Positions 10,737 to 25,041 of a stretch of DNA of 64,000 bases are shown in pieces. Source of the stretch: the human T2T-CHM13v2.0 reference genome, Homo sapiens; the NCBI RefSeq assembly GCF_009914755.1, contig NC_060948.1; one strand, given 5' to 3'. Each line of letters opens with the position of its first letter. Position 1 is the stretch's first letter. The position numbers and the translations under genes are program-made. The notes below the pieces were generated by a model. It did no database searches and had not been told where the DNA came from. It saw only the letters and a list, made by a program, of their open reading frames with translations.

Positions 10737-13700
10737 GAAGTGAATGGACTCCAATGGAATGGATTCAAAAGGAATGGAATCGTACGGAATGGAATCTAAT
10801 GGAATGGAATTAAATGGAAATGAATCAAATTGAATAGCACGGAATTGAATTGAATGGAATGGAATGCAATGGAATCTAATGAAACGGAAAGGAAAGGAAT
10901 GGAATGGAATGGAATGGGCTGGAATGGAAAGGAATCGAAACGAATGGAATGGAATCGAAGTGAAGAGACTGGAATGGAATGCACTGGAATGGAAGGGAGT
11001 GTAATGGAAGGTTCTCGAAAAAAATGGAATCGAATGGAATGGAATTGAATGGAACGGAATAGAGTCGAATGGAATTGAATGGAATGGAATGGACTAGAGT
11101 GAAATGGAATCGAACCACAAGGAATGGACAGGAATAGAATGGTCTCGAATTGAATGGAATCGTATGGAATGGCATCAAACGGAATGGAATGGACAGCCAC
11201 GGAATGGAATGCACTCGAATGCAATGGAGTCGAAACTAATGGACTGGAATAGAATGGACTCGACTGGTACGGACTCCAATGGAATGGAATCGAATGGAAG
11301 GGAATCGAACGGAATGGAATCGAACGGAATGGACTCGAAGGGAAAAGACTGCAATGGAAAGGTCTCGAATGGAATGGAAATTAATGGAATGGAATGGAAT
11401 CGAATGAAATGGAGTCAAAAGGAATGGAATCGAATGGCAAGAAATCGAATGTAATGGAATCGCCAGGAATTGATGTGAACGGAACGGAATGGAATGGAAT
11501 CCAAAGGAATGGAATAGAATGGAATGGAATCGAATGGAAAGGACTCGAATGGAAATCACTCGAATAGAATGCAATTTAATAAAATAGGATCAAATGTAAT
11601 GGAATGGAATGGAAAGGAATCGAAACGAAAGGAATGGAGACAGATGGAATGGAATGGAACAGAGAGCAATGGTATAGAATGGAATGGAATCATCTGGAAT
11701 GGAATTGAATGGAATGGAATAATATGAAATGGAATGGAATGGAATGGAATGGAATGCCCTTGAATTAAATGGACTGGAATGGAATGGACTCAAACAGAGT
11801 GGAATGGAAAGTGTGGAGATAGAATGGAATGAACTCCTTTGGAATGGTGTAGTATGCAATGCAATCGACTGCAGGGAGTCAAAAGGTATGTAATCGAATG
11901 GATTGGACTGGAATGCAAAGGACTCGAATAGATTGGAAACGGAATGCAAAGGAATGGAATGGAATAGTATGGAATGCAATGGAAGGGAATGCAGTGGAAT
12001 AGACTAGAGTGGAATGGAATGGACTGGAAAGCAATGGACTGGAATGGAACTTTCTTGGATGGACTGGAATCAAACGGAATGGAATGCAGTGCAATCAAAT
12101 GGCATGGAATAAAATAGAATGAAAGAGAATCAAATGGAATTGAATCGAATGGAATCGAATGGATTGGAAAGGAATAGAATGGAATGGAATGGAATTGACT
12201 CAAATGGAATGGACTAGAATGGAATGGATTCGAATGGAAGGCAAAGGAATGGAATCTATTGGAATGGACTGTAATGGAATGGAATGGAAGGGATTGGAAT
12301 GGACTCGAATGGAATGGACTGCAATAGAAAGGATTCGAATGGAATGAAAAAGAATTGAATGGAATAGAACAGAATGGAATCAAATCGAATGAAATGGAAT
12401 GGAATAGAAAGGAATGGAATGAAATGGAATGGAAAGGATTCGAATGGAATGCAATCGAATGGAATGGAATCGAACGGAATGGAATAAAATGGAAGAAAAC
12501 TGGCAAGAAATGGAATCGAAATGAATGGAGTGTTATGGAACGGACTCAAAAGGAATTGAATGTAATAGAATGGAGTGGAGTGGACTCGAATATAATGGAC
12601 TGGAATGGAATGAAATCACATGGAATGGGAACGAATGGAATGGAATGGAAAGGAATGGAATCGAATGGAAAGGAATCGAATGGAAGGGAATGAAATTGAA
12701 TCAACACGAATGGAAGGGAATAGAATAGACTGTAATGGAATGGACTCGAATAGAATGGACACGAATGCTCAAATTAAATGGACTCGAATGGAATGGAAAC
12801 GAAAGGAATGTCATCGAATGGAATTGAATCGATTGGAATGAAATCGCATAGAATGGAGTGGAATCAAATGGAATTGAATCGAAAGGAAAGGAAGCGAATG
12901 GACTGAAATGAAATGGAATGGAATTGAATGGAAAGTAATGCAATGGAATAGAATGGAACGAAATTTCACGGAATGGAATCAAACTGAATGGAATCAAATC
13001 AATGGAATCAAATCAAATGGAATGGAAAGGAATTGAATGGAGTAGATGGGATTGGATGGGATTGGAATGAAATGTACTGGAAAGGACTCGAATTTCATGA
13101 AACGGAATGGAATGAATTGGAACGGAATGGACTCGAATGGAATGGAATGTCATGGGATGGCATCAAATGGAATGACATCAAATGGAATGGAATCGAATGC
13201 AATGGAATGCTATGGAATGGAATGGAATGCATTGGAATGGAATGTCCGCTAATGGAATGGATTCGAGTGGAATGGAATTGAATATAATGGAGTCGAATGA
13301 AATGGAATTGAAAGGAATGGGATCGAATACAATGGAATATACTGGAATGTAACGTAATGAACTCGAATGTAATTGACTGGAATGGAATGTACATGAATGG
13401 AATGTAATCGAATGGAAAGTAATCCAATGGAATAGAATCTAATGCAATAAAATCGACTCAGATAGAGTAGAATGTAATGGAATGGAGTGCAGTGCAATGG
13501 AATGGAATGGAATGGAATGCAATGGAATGGAATGGAATGGAATGGAATGGAATGGAATGGAATGGAATGGGATGGAATGGTATGGAATGGATAGTAATGG
13601 ACTGGAGTGAAATGGACTGGAAAGGAATGGACTCAAATTGAAAGGGCTCGAAAGGAATGGAGTCAAATGGAATGGTCTGGAATGGAATGAACACGAATGT

Positions 13701-14319
13701 AATGCAACCCAATAGAATGGAATCGAATGGCATGGAATATAAAGAAATGGAATCGAAGAGAATGGAAACAAATGGAATGGAATTGAATGGAATGGAATTG
13801 AATGGAATGGGAACGAATGGAGTGAAATTGTATGCAGTAGAAGAGAATAGAATGGAATGCAAGCGAAAGGAAAGGAATGGATTGGAATGGAATGGAATTC
13901 ATTGGAATGGAAGGGAATGTAGTGTAATGGACAGGCCTGGAATAAAGTGGAATGCTACGGTCTCGAATGGAATAAAAATGTATGGAATGGAATGCAATGA
14001 AACGGAATCGAATGTCATAGAATGTAATGGAATGCAAAAAAATGGAATCCAAAATCATTGACTGGAAAGGCTGGGTGTCGAAAGGAATTGACTCCAATGG
14101 AATGGAATCGAATGGAATGGAAGTGAATAGAATCGAACTAAATCGAATGGAATGGAATTGATAGGAACGGAATGGAAAGGAATGCAATGATTTGGCATGG
14201 AATGGAATCGAATGGCATCGAATGGAATGGAATGGAATGCAATGGAATGGAATGTATTAGAATGTAATGAACTTTAATGGAATGTACTCGAATGGATTCG
14301 ACTGGAATGGAATGTTCTG
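10737..14319 (+). repeat. DYZ1 unit 4 (3583 bp), copy of unit 1
   Basis: ORF set identical to unit 1 shifted by 10736, with the same diagnostic variants. Confidence 0.95.
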
Positions 14320-17300
14320 GAAGTGAATGGACTCCAATGGAATGGATTCAAAAGGAATGGAATCGTACGGAATGGAATCTAATGGAATGGAATTAAATGG
14401 AAATGAATCAAATTGAATAGCACGGAATTGAATTGAATGGAATGGAATGCAATGGAATCTAATGAAACGGAAAGGAAAGGAATGGAATGGAATGGAATGG
14501 GCTGGAATGGAAAGGAATCGAAACGAATGGAATGGAATCGAAGTGAAGAGACTGGAATGGAATGCACTGGAATGGAAGGGAGTGTAATGCAAGGTTCTCG
14601 AAAAAAATGGAATCGAATGGAATGGAATTGAATGGAACGGAATAGAGTCGAATGGAATTGAATGGAATGGAATGGACTAGAGTGAAATGGAATCGAACCA
14701 CAAGGAATGGACAGGAATAGAATGGTCTCGAATTGAATGGAATCGTATGGAATGGCATCAAACGGAATGGAATGGACAGCCACGGAATGGAATGCACTCG
14801 AATGCAATGGAGTCGAAACTAATGGACTGGAATAGAATGGACTCGACTGGTACGGACTCCAATGGAATGGAATCGAATGGAAGGGAATCGAACGGAATGG
14901 ACTCGAAGGGAAAAGACTGCAATGGAAAGGTCTCGAATGGAATGGAAATTAATGGAATGGAATGGAATCGAATGAAATGGAGTCAAAAGGAATGGAATCG
15001 AATGGCAAGAAATCGAATGTAATGGAATCGCCAGGAATTGATGTGAACGGAACGGAATGGAATGGAATCCAAAGGAATGGAATAGAATGGAATGGAATCG
15101 AATGGAAAGGACTCGAATGGAAATCACTCGAATAGAATGCAATTTAATAAAATAGGATCAAATGTAATGGAATGGAATGGAAAGGAATCGAAACGAAAGG
15201 AATGGAGACAGATGGAATGGAATGGAACAGAGAGCAATGGTATAGAATGGAATGGAATCATCTGGAATGGAATTGAATGGAATGGAATAATATGAAATGG
15301 AATGGAATGGAATGGAATGGAATGGAATGCCCTTGAATTAAATGGACTGGAATGGAATGGACTCAAACAGAGTGGAATGGAAAGTGTGGAGATAGAATGG
15401 AATGAACTCCTTTGGAATGGTGTAGTATGCAATGCAATCGACTGGCAGGGAATCAAAAGGAATGTAATCGAATGGATTGGACTGGAGTGCAATGGACTCG
15501 AATAGATTGGAAACGGAATGCAAAGGAATGGAATGGAATAGTATGGAATGCAATGGAAGGGAATGGAGTGGGATAGACTAGAGTGGAATGGAATGGACTG
15601 GAAAGCAATGGACTGGAATGGAACTTTCTTGGATGGACTGGAATCAAACGGAATGGAATGCAATGCAATCAAATGGCATGGAATAAATTAGAATGAAAGA
15701 GAATCAAATGGAATTGAATCGAATGGAATCGAATGGATTGGAAAGGAATAGAATGGAATGGAATGGAATTGACTCAAATGGAATGGACTAGAATGGAATG
15801 GATTCGAATGGAAGGCAAAGGAATGGAATCTATTGGAATGGACTGTAATGGAATGGAATGGAAGGGATTGGAATGGACTCGAATGGAATGGACTGCAATA
15901 GAAAGGATTCGAATGGAATGAAAAAGAATTGAATGGAATAGAACAGAATGGAATGAAATCGAATGAAATGGAATGGAATAGAAAGGAATGGAATGAAATG
16001 GAATGGAAAGGATTCGAATGGAATGCAATCGAATGGAATGGAATCGAACGGAATGGAATAAAATGGAAGAAAACTGGCAAGAAATGGAATCGAAATGAAT
16101 GGAGTGTTATGGAACGGACTCAAAAGGAATTGAATGTAATAGAATGGAGTGGAGTGGACTCGAATATAATGGACTGGAATGGAATGAAATCACATGGAAT
16201 GGGAACGAATGGAATGGAATGGAAAGGAATGGAATCGAATGGAAAGGAATCGAATGGAAGGGAATGAAATTGAATCAACACGAATGGAAGGGAATAGAAT
16301 AGACTGTAATGGAATGGACTCGAATAGAATGGACACGAATGCTCAAATTAAATGGACTCGAATGGAATGGAAACGAAAGGAATGTCATCGAATGGAATTG
16401 AATCGATTGGAATGAAATCGCATAGAATGGAGTGGAATCAAATGGAATTGAATCGAAAGGAAAGGAAGCGAATGGACTGAAATGAAATGGAATGGAATTG
16501 AATGGAAAGTAATGCAATGGAATAGAATGGAACGAAATTTCACGGAATGGAATCAAACTGAATGGAATCAAATCAATGGAATCAAATCACATGGAATGGA
16601 AAGGAATTGAATGGAGTAGATGGGATTGGATGGGATTGGAATGAAATGTACTGGAAAGGACTCGAATTTCATGAAACGGAATGGAATGAATTGGAACGGA
16701 ATGGACTCGAATGGAATGGAATGTCATGGGATGGCATCCAATGGAATGGCATCAAATGGAATGGAATCGAATGCAATGGAATGCTATGGAATGGAATGGA
16801 ATGCATTGGAATGGAATGTCCTCTAATGGAATGGATTCGAGTGGAATGGAATTGAATATAATGGAGTCGAATGAAATGGAATTGAAAGGAATGGGATCGA
16901 ATACAATGGAATATACTGGAATGTAACGTAATGAACTCGAATGTAATTGACTGGAATGGAATGTACATGAATGGAATGTAATCGAATGGAAAGTAATCCA
17001 ATGGAATAGAATCTAATGCAATAAAATCGACTCAGATAGAGTAGAATGTAATGGAATGGAGTGCAGTGCAATGGAATGGAATGGAATGGAATGCAATGGA
17101 ATGGAATGGAATGGAATGGAATGGAATGGAATGGAATGGAATGGGATGGAATGGTATGGAATGGATAGTAATGGACTGGAGTGAAATGGACTGGAAAGGA
17201 ATGGACTCAAATTGAAAGGGCTCGAAAGGAATAGAGTCAAATGGAATGGTCTGGAATGGAATGAACACGAATGTAATGCAACCCAATAGAATGGAATCGA

Positions 17301-17893
17301 ATGGCATGGAATATAAAGAAATGGAATCGAAGAGAATGGAAACAAATGGAATGGAATTGAATGGAATGGAATTGAATGGAATGGGAACGAATGGAGTGAA
17401 ATTGTATGCAGTAGAAGAGAATAGAATGGAATGCAAGCGAAAGGAAAGGAATGGATTGGAATGGAATGGAATTCATTGGAATGGAAGGGAATGTAGTGTA
17501 ATGGACAGGCCTGGAATAAAGTGGAATGCTACGGTCTCGAATGGAATAAAAATGTATGGAATGGAATGCAATGAAACGGAATCGAATGTCATAGAATGTA
17601 ATGGAATGCAAAAAAATGGAATCCAAAATCATTGACTGGAAAGGCTGGGTGTCGAAAGGAATTGACTCCAATGGAATGGAATCGAATGGAATGGAAGTGA
17701 ATAGAATCGAACTAAATCGAATGGAATGGAATTGATAGGAACGGAATGGAAAGGAATGCAATGATTTGGCATGGAATGGAATCGAATGGCATCGAATGGA
17801 ATGGAATGGAATGCAATGGAATGGAATGTATTAGAATGGAATGAACTTTAATGGAATGTACTCGAATGGATTCGACTGGAATGGAATGTTCTG
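14320..17893 (+). repeat. DYZ1 unit 5 (3574 bp), near-copy of unit 2
   Basis: Shares gcaaggttc, ggagtgcaat, ggagtgggatag, aatcacatgg and catccaatgg with unit 2. (GGAAT)9 instead of 10. Confidence 0.95.
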
Positions 17894-20800
17894 GAAGTGA
17901 ATGGACTCCAATGGAATGGATTCAAAAGGAATGGAATCGTACGGAATGGAATCTAATGGAATGGAATTAAATGGAAATGAATCAAATTGAATAGCACGGA
18001 ATTGAATTGAATGGAATGGAATGCAATGGAATCTAATGAAACGGAAAGGAAAGGAATGGAATGGAATGGAATGGGCTGGAATGGAAAGGAATCGAAACGA
18101 ATGGAATGGAATCGAAGTGAAGAGACTGGAATGGAATGCACTGGAATGGAAGGGAGTGTAATGGAAGGTTGTCGAAAAAAATGGAATCGAATGGAATGGA
18201 ATTGAATGGAACGGAATAGAGTCGAATGGAATTGAATGGAATGGAATGGACTAGAGTGAAATGGAATCGAACCACAAGGAATGGACAGGAATAGAATGGT
18301 CTCGAATTGAATGGAATCGTATGGAATGGCATCAAACGGAATGGAATGGACAGCCACGGAATGGAATGCACTCGAATGCAATGGAGTCGAAACTAATGGA
18401 CTGGAATAGAATGGACTCGACTGGTACGGACTCCAATGGAATGGAATCGAATGGAAGGGAATCGAACGGAATGGACTCGAAGGGAAAAGACTGCAATGGA
18501 AAGGTCTCGAATGGAATGGAAATTAATGGAATGGAATGGAATCGAATGAAATGGAGTCAAAAGGAATGGAATCGAATGGCAAGAAATCGAATGTAATGGA
18601 ATCGCCAGGAATTGATGTGAACGGAACGGAATGGAATGGAATCCAAAGGAATGGAATAGAATGGAATGGAATCGAATGGAAAGGACTCGAATGGAAATCA
18701 CTCCAATAGAATGCAATTTAATAAAATAGGATCAAATGTAATGGAATGGAATGGAAAGGAATCGAAACGAAAGGAATGGAGACAGATGGAATGGAATGGA
18801 ACAGAGAGCAATGGTATAGAACGGAATGGAATCATCTGGAATGGAATTGAATGGAATGGAATAATATGAAATGGAATGGAATGGAATGGAATGGAATGCC
18901 CTTGAATTAAATGGACTGGAATGGAATGGACTCAAACAGAGTGGAATGGAAAGTGTGGAGATAGAATGGAGTGAACTCCTTTGGAATGGTGTAGTATGCA
19001 ATGCAATCGACTGGCAGGGAATCAAAAGGAATGTAATCGAATGGATTGGACTGGAATGCAATGGACTCGAATAGATTGGAAACGGAATGCAAAGGAATGG
19101 AATGGAATAGTATGGAATGCAATGGAAGGGAATGGAGTGGAATAGACTAGAGTGGAATGGAATGGACTGGAAAGCAATGGACTGGAATGGAACTTTCTTG
19201 GATGGACTGGAATCAAACGGAATGGAATGCAATGCAATCAAATGGCATGGAATAAATTAGAATGAAAGAGAATCAAATGGAATTGAATCGAATGGAATCG
19301 AATGGATTGGAAAGGAATAGAATGGAATGGAATGGAATTGACTCAAATGGAATGGACTAGAATGGAATGGATTCGAATGGAAGGCAAAGGAATGGAATCT
19401 ATTGGAATGGACTGTAATGGAATGGAATGGAAGGGATTGGAATGGACTCGAATGGAATGGACTGCAATAGAAAGGATTCGAATGGAATGAAAAAGAATTG
19501 AATGGAATAGAACAGAATGGAATCAAATCGAATGAAATGGAATGGAATAGAAAGGAATGGAATGAAATGGAATGGAAAGGATTCGAATGGAATGCAATCG
19601 AATGGAATGGAATCGAACGGAATGGAATAAAATGGAAGAAAACTGGCAAGAAATGGAATCGAAATGAATGGAGTGTTATGGAACGGACTCAAAAGGAATT
19701 GAATGTAATAGAATGGAGTGGAGTGGACTCGAATATAATGGACTGGAATGGAATGAAATCACATGGAATGGGAACGAATGGAATGGAATGGAAAGGAATG
19801 GAATCGAATGGAAAGGAATCGAATGGAAGGGAATGAAATTGAATCAACACGAATGGAAGGGAATAGAATAGACTGTAATGGAATGGACTCGAATAGAATG
19901 GACACGAATGCTCAAATTAAATGGACTCGAATGGAATGGAAACGAAAGGAATGTCATCGAATGGAATTGAATCGATTGGAATGAAATCGCATAGAATGGA
20001 GTGGAATCAAATGGAATTGAATCGAAAGGAAAGGAAGCGAATGGACTGAAATGAAATGGAATGGAATTGAATGGAAAGTAATGCAATGGAATAGAATGGA
20101 ACGAAATTTCACGGAATGGAATCAAACTGAATGGAATCAAATCAATGGAATCAAATCAAATGGAATGGAAAGGAATTGAATGGAGTAGATGGGATTGGAT
20201 GGGATTGGAATGAAATGTACTGGAAAGGACTCGAATTTCATGAAACGGAATGGAATGAATTGGAACGGAATGGACTCGAATGGAATGGAATGTCATGGGA
20301 TGGCATCAAATGGAATGGCATCAAATGGAATGGAATCGAATGCAATGGAATGCTATGGAATGGAATGGAATGCATTGGAATGGAATGTCCTCTAATGGAA
20401 TGGATTCGAGTGGAATGGAATTGAATATAATGGAGTCGAATGAAATGGAATTGAAAGGAATGGGATCGAATACAATGGAATATACTGGAATGTAACGTAA
20501 TGAACTCGAATGTAATTGACTGGAATGGAATGTACATGAATGGAATGTAACCGAATGGAAAGTAATCCAATGGAATAGAATCTAATGCAATAAAATCGAC
20601 TAAGATAGAGTAGAATGTAATGGAATGGAGTGCAGTGCAATGGAATGGAATGGAATGGAATGCAATGGAATGGAATGGAATGGAATGGAATGGAATGGAA
20701 TGGAATGGAATGGGATGGAATGGTATGGAATGGATAGTAATGGACTGGAGTGAAATGGACTGGAAAGGAATGGACTCAAATTGAAAGGGCTCGAAAGGAA

Positions 20801-21462
20801 TGGAGTCAAATGGAATGGTCTGGAATGGAATGAACACGAATGTAATGCAACCCAATAGAATGGAATCGAATGGCATGGAATATAAAGAAATGGAATCGAA
20901 GAGAATGGAAACAAATGGAATGGAATTGAATGGAATGGAATTGAATGGAATGGGAACGAATGGAGTGAAATTGTATGCAGTAGAAGAGAATAGAATGGAA
21001 TGCAAGCGAAAGGAAAGGAATGGATTGGAATGGAATGGAATTCATTGGAATGGAAGGGAATGTAGTGTAATGGACAGGCCTGGAATAAAGTGGAATGCTA
21101 CGGTCTCGAATGGAATAAAAATGTATGGAATGGAATGCAATGAAACGGAATCGAATGTCATAGAATGTAATGGAATGCAAAAAAATGGAATCCAAAATCA
21201 TTGACTGGAAAGGCTGGGTGTCGAAAGGAATTGACTCCAATGGAATGGAATCGAATGGAATGGAAGTGAATAGAATCGAACTAAATCGAATGGAATGGAA
21301 TTGATAGGAACGGAATGGAAAGGAATGCAATGATTTGGTATGGAATGGAATCGAATGGCATCGAATGGAATGGAATGGAATGCAATGGAATGGAATGTAT
21401 TAGAATGTAATGAACTTTAATGGAATGTACTCGAATGGATTCGACTGGAATGGAATGTTCTG
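17894..21462 (+). repeat. DYZ1 unit 6 (3569 bp)
   Basis: Marker ORF shifts 17953 to 21522. 15-bp short allele, (GGAAT)9. Confidence 0.95.
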
Positions 21463-24400
21463 GAAGTGAATGGACTCCAATGGAATGGATTCAAAAGGAA
21501 TGGAATCGTACGGAATGGAATCTAATGGAATGCAATTAAATGGAAATGAATCAAATTGAATAGCACGGAATTGAATTGAATGGAATGGAATGCAATGGAA
21601 TCTAATGAAACGGAAAGGAAAGGAATGGAATGGAATGGAATGGGCTGGAATGGAAAGGAATCGAAACGAATGGAATGGAATCGAAGTGAAGAGACTGGAA
21701 TGGAATGCACTGGAATGGAAGGGAGTGTAATGGAAGGTTGTCGAAAAAAATGGAATCGAATGGAATGGAATTGAATGGAACGGAATAGAGTCGAATGGAA
21801 TTGAATGGAATGGAATGGACTAGAGTGAAATGGAATCGAACCACAAGGAATGGACAGGAATAGAATGGTCTCGAATTGAATGGAATCGTATGGAATGGCA
21901 TCAAACGGAATGGAATGGACAGCCACGGAATGGAATGCACTCGAATGCAATGGAGTCGAAACTAATGGACTGGAATAGAATGGACTCGACTGGTACGGAC
22001 TCCAATGGAATGGAATCGAATGGAAGGGAATCGAACGGAAGGGAATCGAACGGAATGGACTCGAAGGGAAAAGACTGCAATGGAAAGGTCTCGAATGGAA
22101 TGGAAATTAATGGAATGGAATGGAATCGAATGAAATGGAGTCAAAAGGAATGGAATCGAATGGCAAGAAATCTAATGTAATGGAATCGCCAGGAATTGAT
22201 GTGAACGGAACGGAATGGAATGGAATCCAAAGGAATGGAATAGAATGGAATGGAATCGAATGGAAAGGACTCGAATGGAAATCACTCGAATAGAATGCAA
22301 TTTAATAAAATAGGATCAAATGTAATGGAATGGAATGGAAAGGAATTGAAACGAAAGGAATGGAGACAGATGGAATGGAATGGAACAGAGAGCAATGGTA
22401 TAGAATGGAATGGAATCATCTGGAATGGAATTGAATGGAATGGAATAATATGAAATGGAATGGAATGGAATGGAATGGAATGCCCTTGAATTAAATGGAC
22501 TGGAATGGAATGGACTCAAACAGAGTGGAATGGAAAGTGTGGAGATAGAATGGAATGAACTCCTTTGGAATGGTGTAGTATGCAATGCAATCGACTAGCA
22601 GGGAATCAAAAGGAATGTAATCGAATGGATTGGACTGGAATGCAATGGACTCGAATAGATTGGAAACGGAATGCAAAGGAATGGAATGGAATAGTATGGA
22701 ATGCAATGGAAGGGAATGGAGTCTAATAGACTAGAGTGGAATGGAATGGACTGGAAAGCAATGGACTGGAATGGAACTTTCTTGTATGGACTGGAATCAA
22801 ACGGAATGGAATGCAATGCAATCAAATGGCATGGAATAAAATAGAATGAAAGAGAATCAAATGGAATTGAATCGAATGGAATCGAATGGATTGGAAAGGA
22901 ATAGAATGGAATGGAATGGAATTGACTCAAATGGAATGGACTAGAATGGAATGGATTCGAATGGAAGGCAAAGGAATGGAATCTATTGGAATGGACTGTA
23001 ATGGAATGGAATGGAAGGGATTCGAATGGACTCGAATGGAATGGACTGCAATAGAAAGGATTCGAATGGAATGAAAAAGAATTGAATGGAATAGAACAGA
23101 ATGGAATGAAATCGAATGAAATGGAATGGAATAGAAAGGAATGGAATGAAATGGAATGGAAAGGATTCGAATGGAATGCAATCGAATGGAATGGAATCGA
23201 ACGGAATGGAATAAAATGGAAGAAAACTGGCAAGAAATGGAATCGAAATGAATGGAGTGTTATGGAACGGACTCAAAAGGAATTGAATGTAATAGAATGG
23301 AGTGGAGTGGACTCGAATATAATGGACTGGAATGGAATGAAATCACATGGAATGGGAACGAATGGAATGGAATGGAAAGGAATGGAATCGAATGGAAAGG
23401 AATCGAATGGAAGGAAATGAAATTGAATCAACACGAATGGAAGGGAATAGAATAGACTGTAATGGAATGGACTCGAATAGAATGGACACGAATGCTCAAA
23501 TTAAATGGACTCGAATGGAATGGAAACGAAAGGAATGTCATCGAATGGAATTGAATCGATTGGAATGAAATCGCATAGAATGGAGTGGAATCAAATGGAA
23601 TTGAATCGAAAGGAAAGGAAGCGAATGGACTGAAATGAAATGGAATGGAATTGAATGGAAAGTAATGCAATGGAATAGAATGGAACGAAATTTCACGGAA
23701 TGGAATCAAACTGAATGGAATCAAATCAATGGAATCAAATCAAATGGAATGGAAAGGAATTGAATGGAGTAGATGGGATTGGATGGGATTGGAATGAAAT
23801 GTACTGGAAAGGACTCGAATTTCATGAAACGGAATGGAATGAATTGGAACGGAATGGACTCGAATGGAATGGAATGTCATGGGATGGCATCAAATGGAAT
23901 GGCATCAAATGGAATGGAATCGAATACAATGGAATGCTATGGAATGGAATGGAATGCATTGGAATGGAATGTCCTCTAATGGAATGGATTCGAGTGGAAT
24001 GGAATTGAATATAATGGAGTCGAATGAAATGGAATTGAAAGGAATGGGATCGAATACAATGGAATATACTGGAATGTAACGTAATGAACTCGAATGTAAT
24101 TGACTGGAATGGAATGTACATGAATGGAATGTAATCGAATGGAAAGTAATCCAATGGAATAGAATCTAATGCAATAAAATCGACTCAGATAGAGTAGAAT
24201 GTAATGGAATGGAGTGCAGTGCAATGGAATGGAATGGAATGGAATGCAATGGAATGGAATGGAATGGAATGGAATGGAATGGAATGGAATGGGATGGAAT
24301 GGTATGGAATGGATAGTAATAGACTGGAGTGAAATGGACTGGAAAGGAATGGACTCAAATTGAAAGGGCTCGAAAGGAATGGAGTCAAATGGAATGGTCT

Positions 24401-25041
24401 GGAATGGAATGAACACGAATGTAATGCAACCCAATAGAATGGAATCGAATGGCATGGAATATAAAGAAATGGAATCGAAGAGAATGGAAACAAATGGAAT
24501 GGAATTGAATGGAATGGAATTGAATGGAATGGGAACGAATGGAGTGAAATTGTATGCAGTAGAAGAGAATAGAATGGAATGCAAGCGAAAGGAAAGGAAT
24601 GGATTGGAATGGAATGGAATTCATTGGAATGGAAGGGAATGTAGTGTAATGGACAGGCCTGGAATAAAGTGGAATGCTACGGTCTCGAATGGAATAAAAA
24701 TGTATGGAATGGAATGCAATGAAACGGAATCGAATGTCATAGAATGTAATGGAATGCAAAAAAATGGAATCCAAAATCATTGACTGGAAAGGCTGGGTGT
24801 CGAAAGGAATTGACTCCAATGGAATGGAATCGAATGGAATGGAAGTGAATAGAATCGAACTAAATCGAATGGAATGGAATTGATAGGAACGGAATGGAAA
24901 AGAATGCAATGATTTGGCATGGAATGGAATCGAATGGCATCGAATGGAATGGAATGGAATGCAATGGAATGGAATGTATTAGAATGGAATGAACTTTAAT
25001 GGAATGTACTCGAATGGATTCGACTGGAATGGAATGTTCTG
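21463..25041 (+). repeat. DYZ1 unit 7 (3579 bp)
   Basis: Marker ORF shifts 21522 to 25101. (GGAAT)8 and many private substitutions. Confidence 0.95.
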
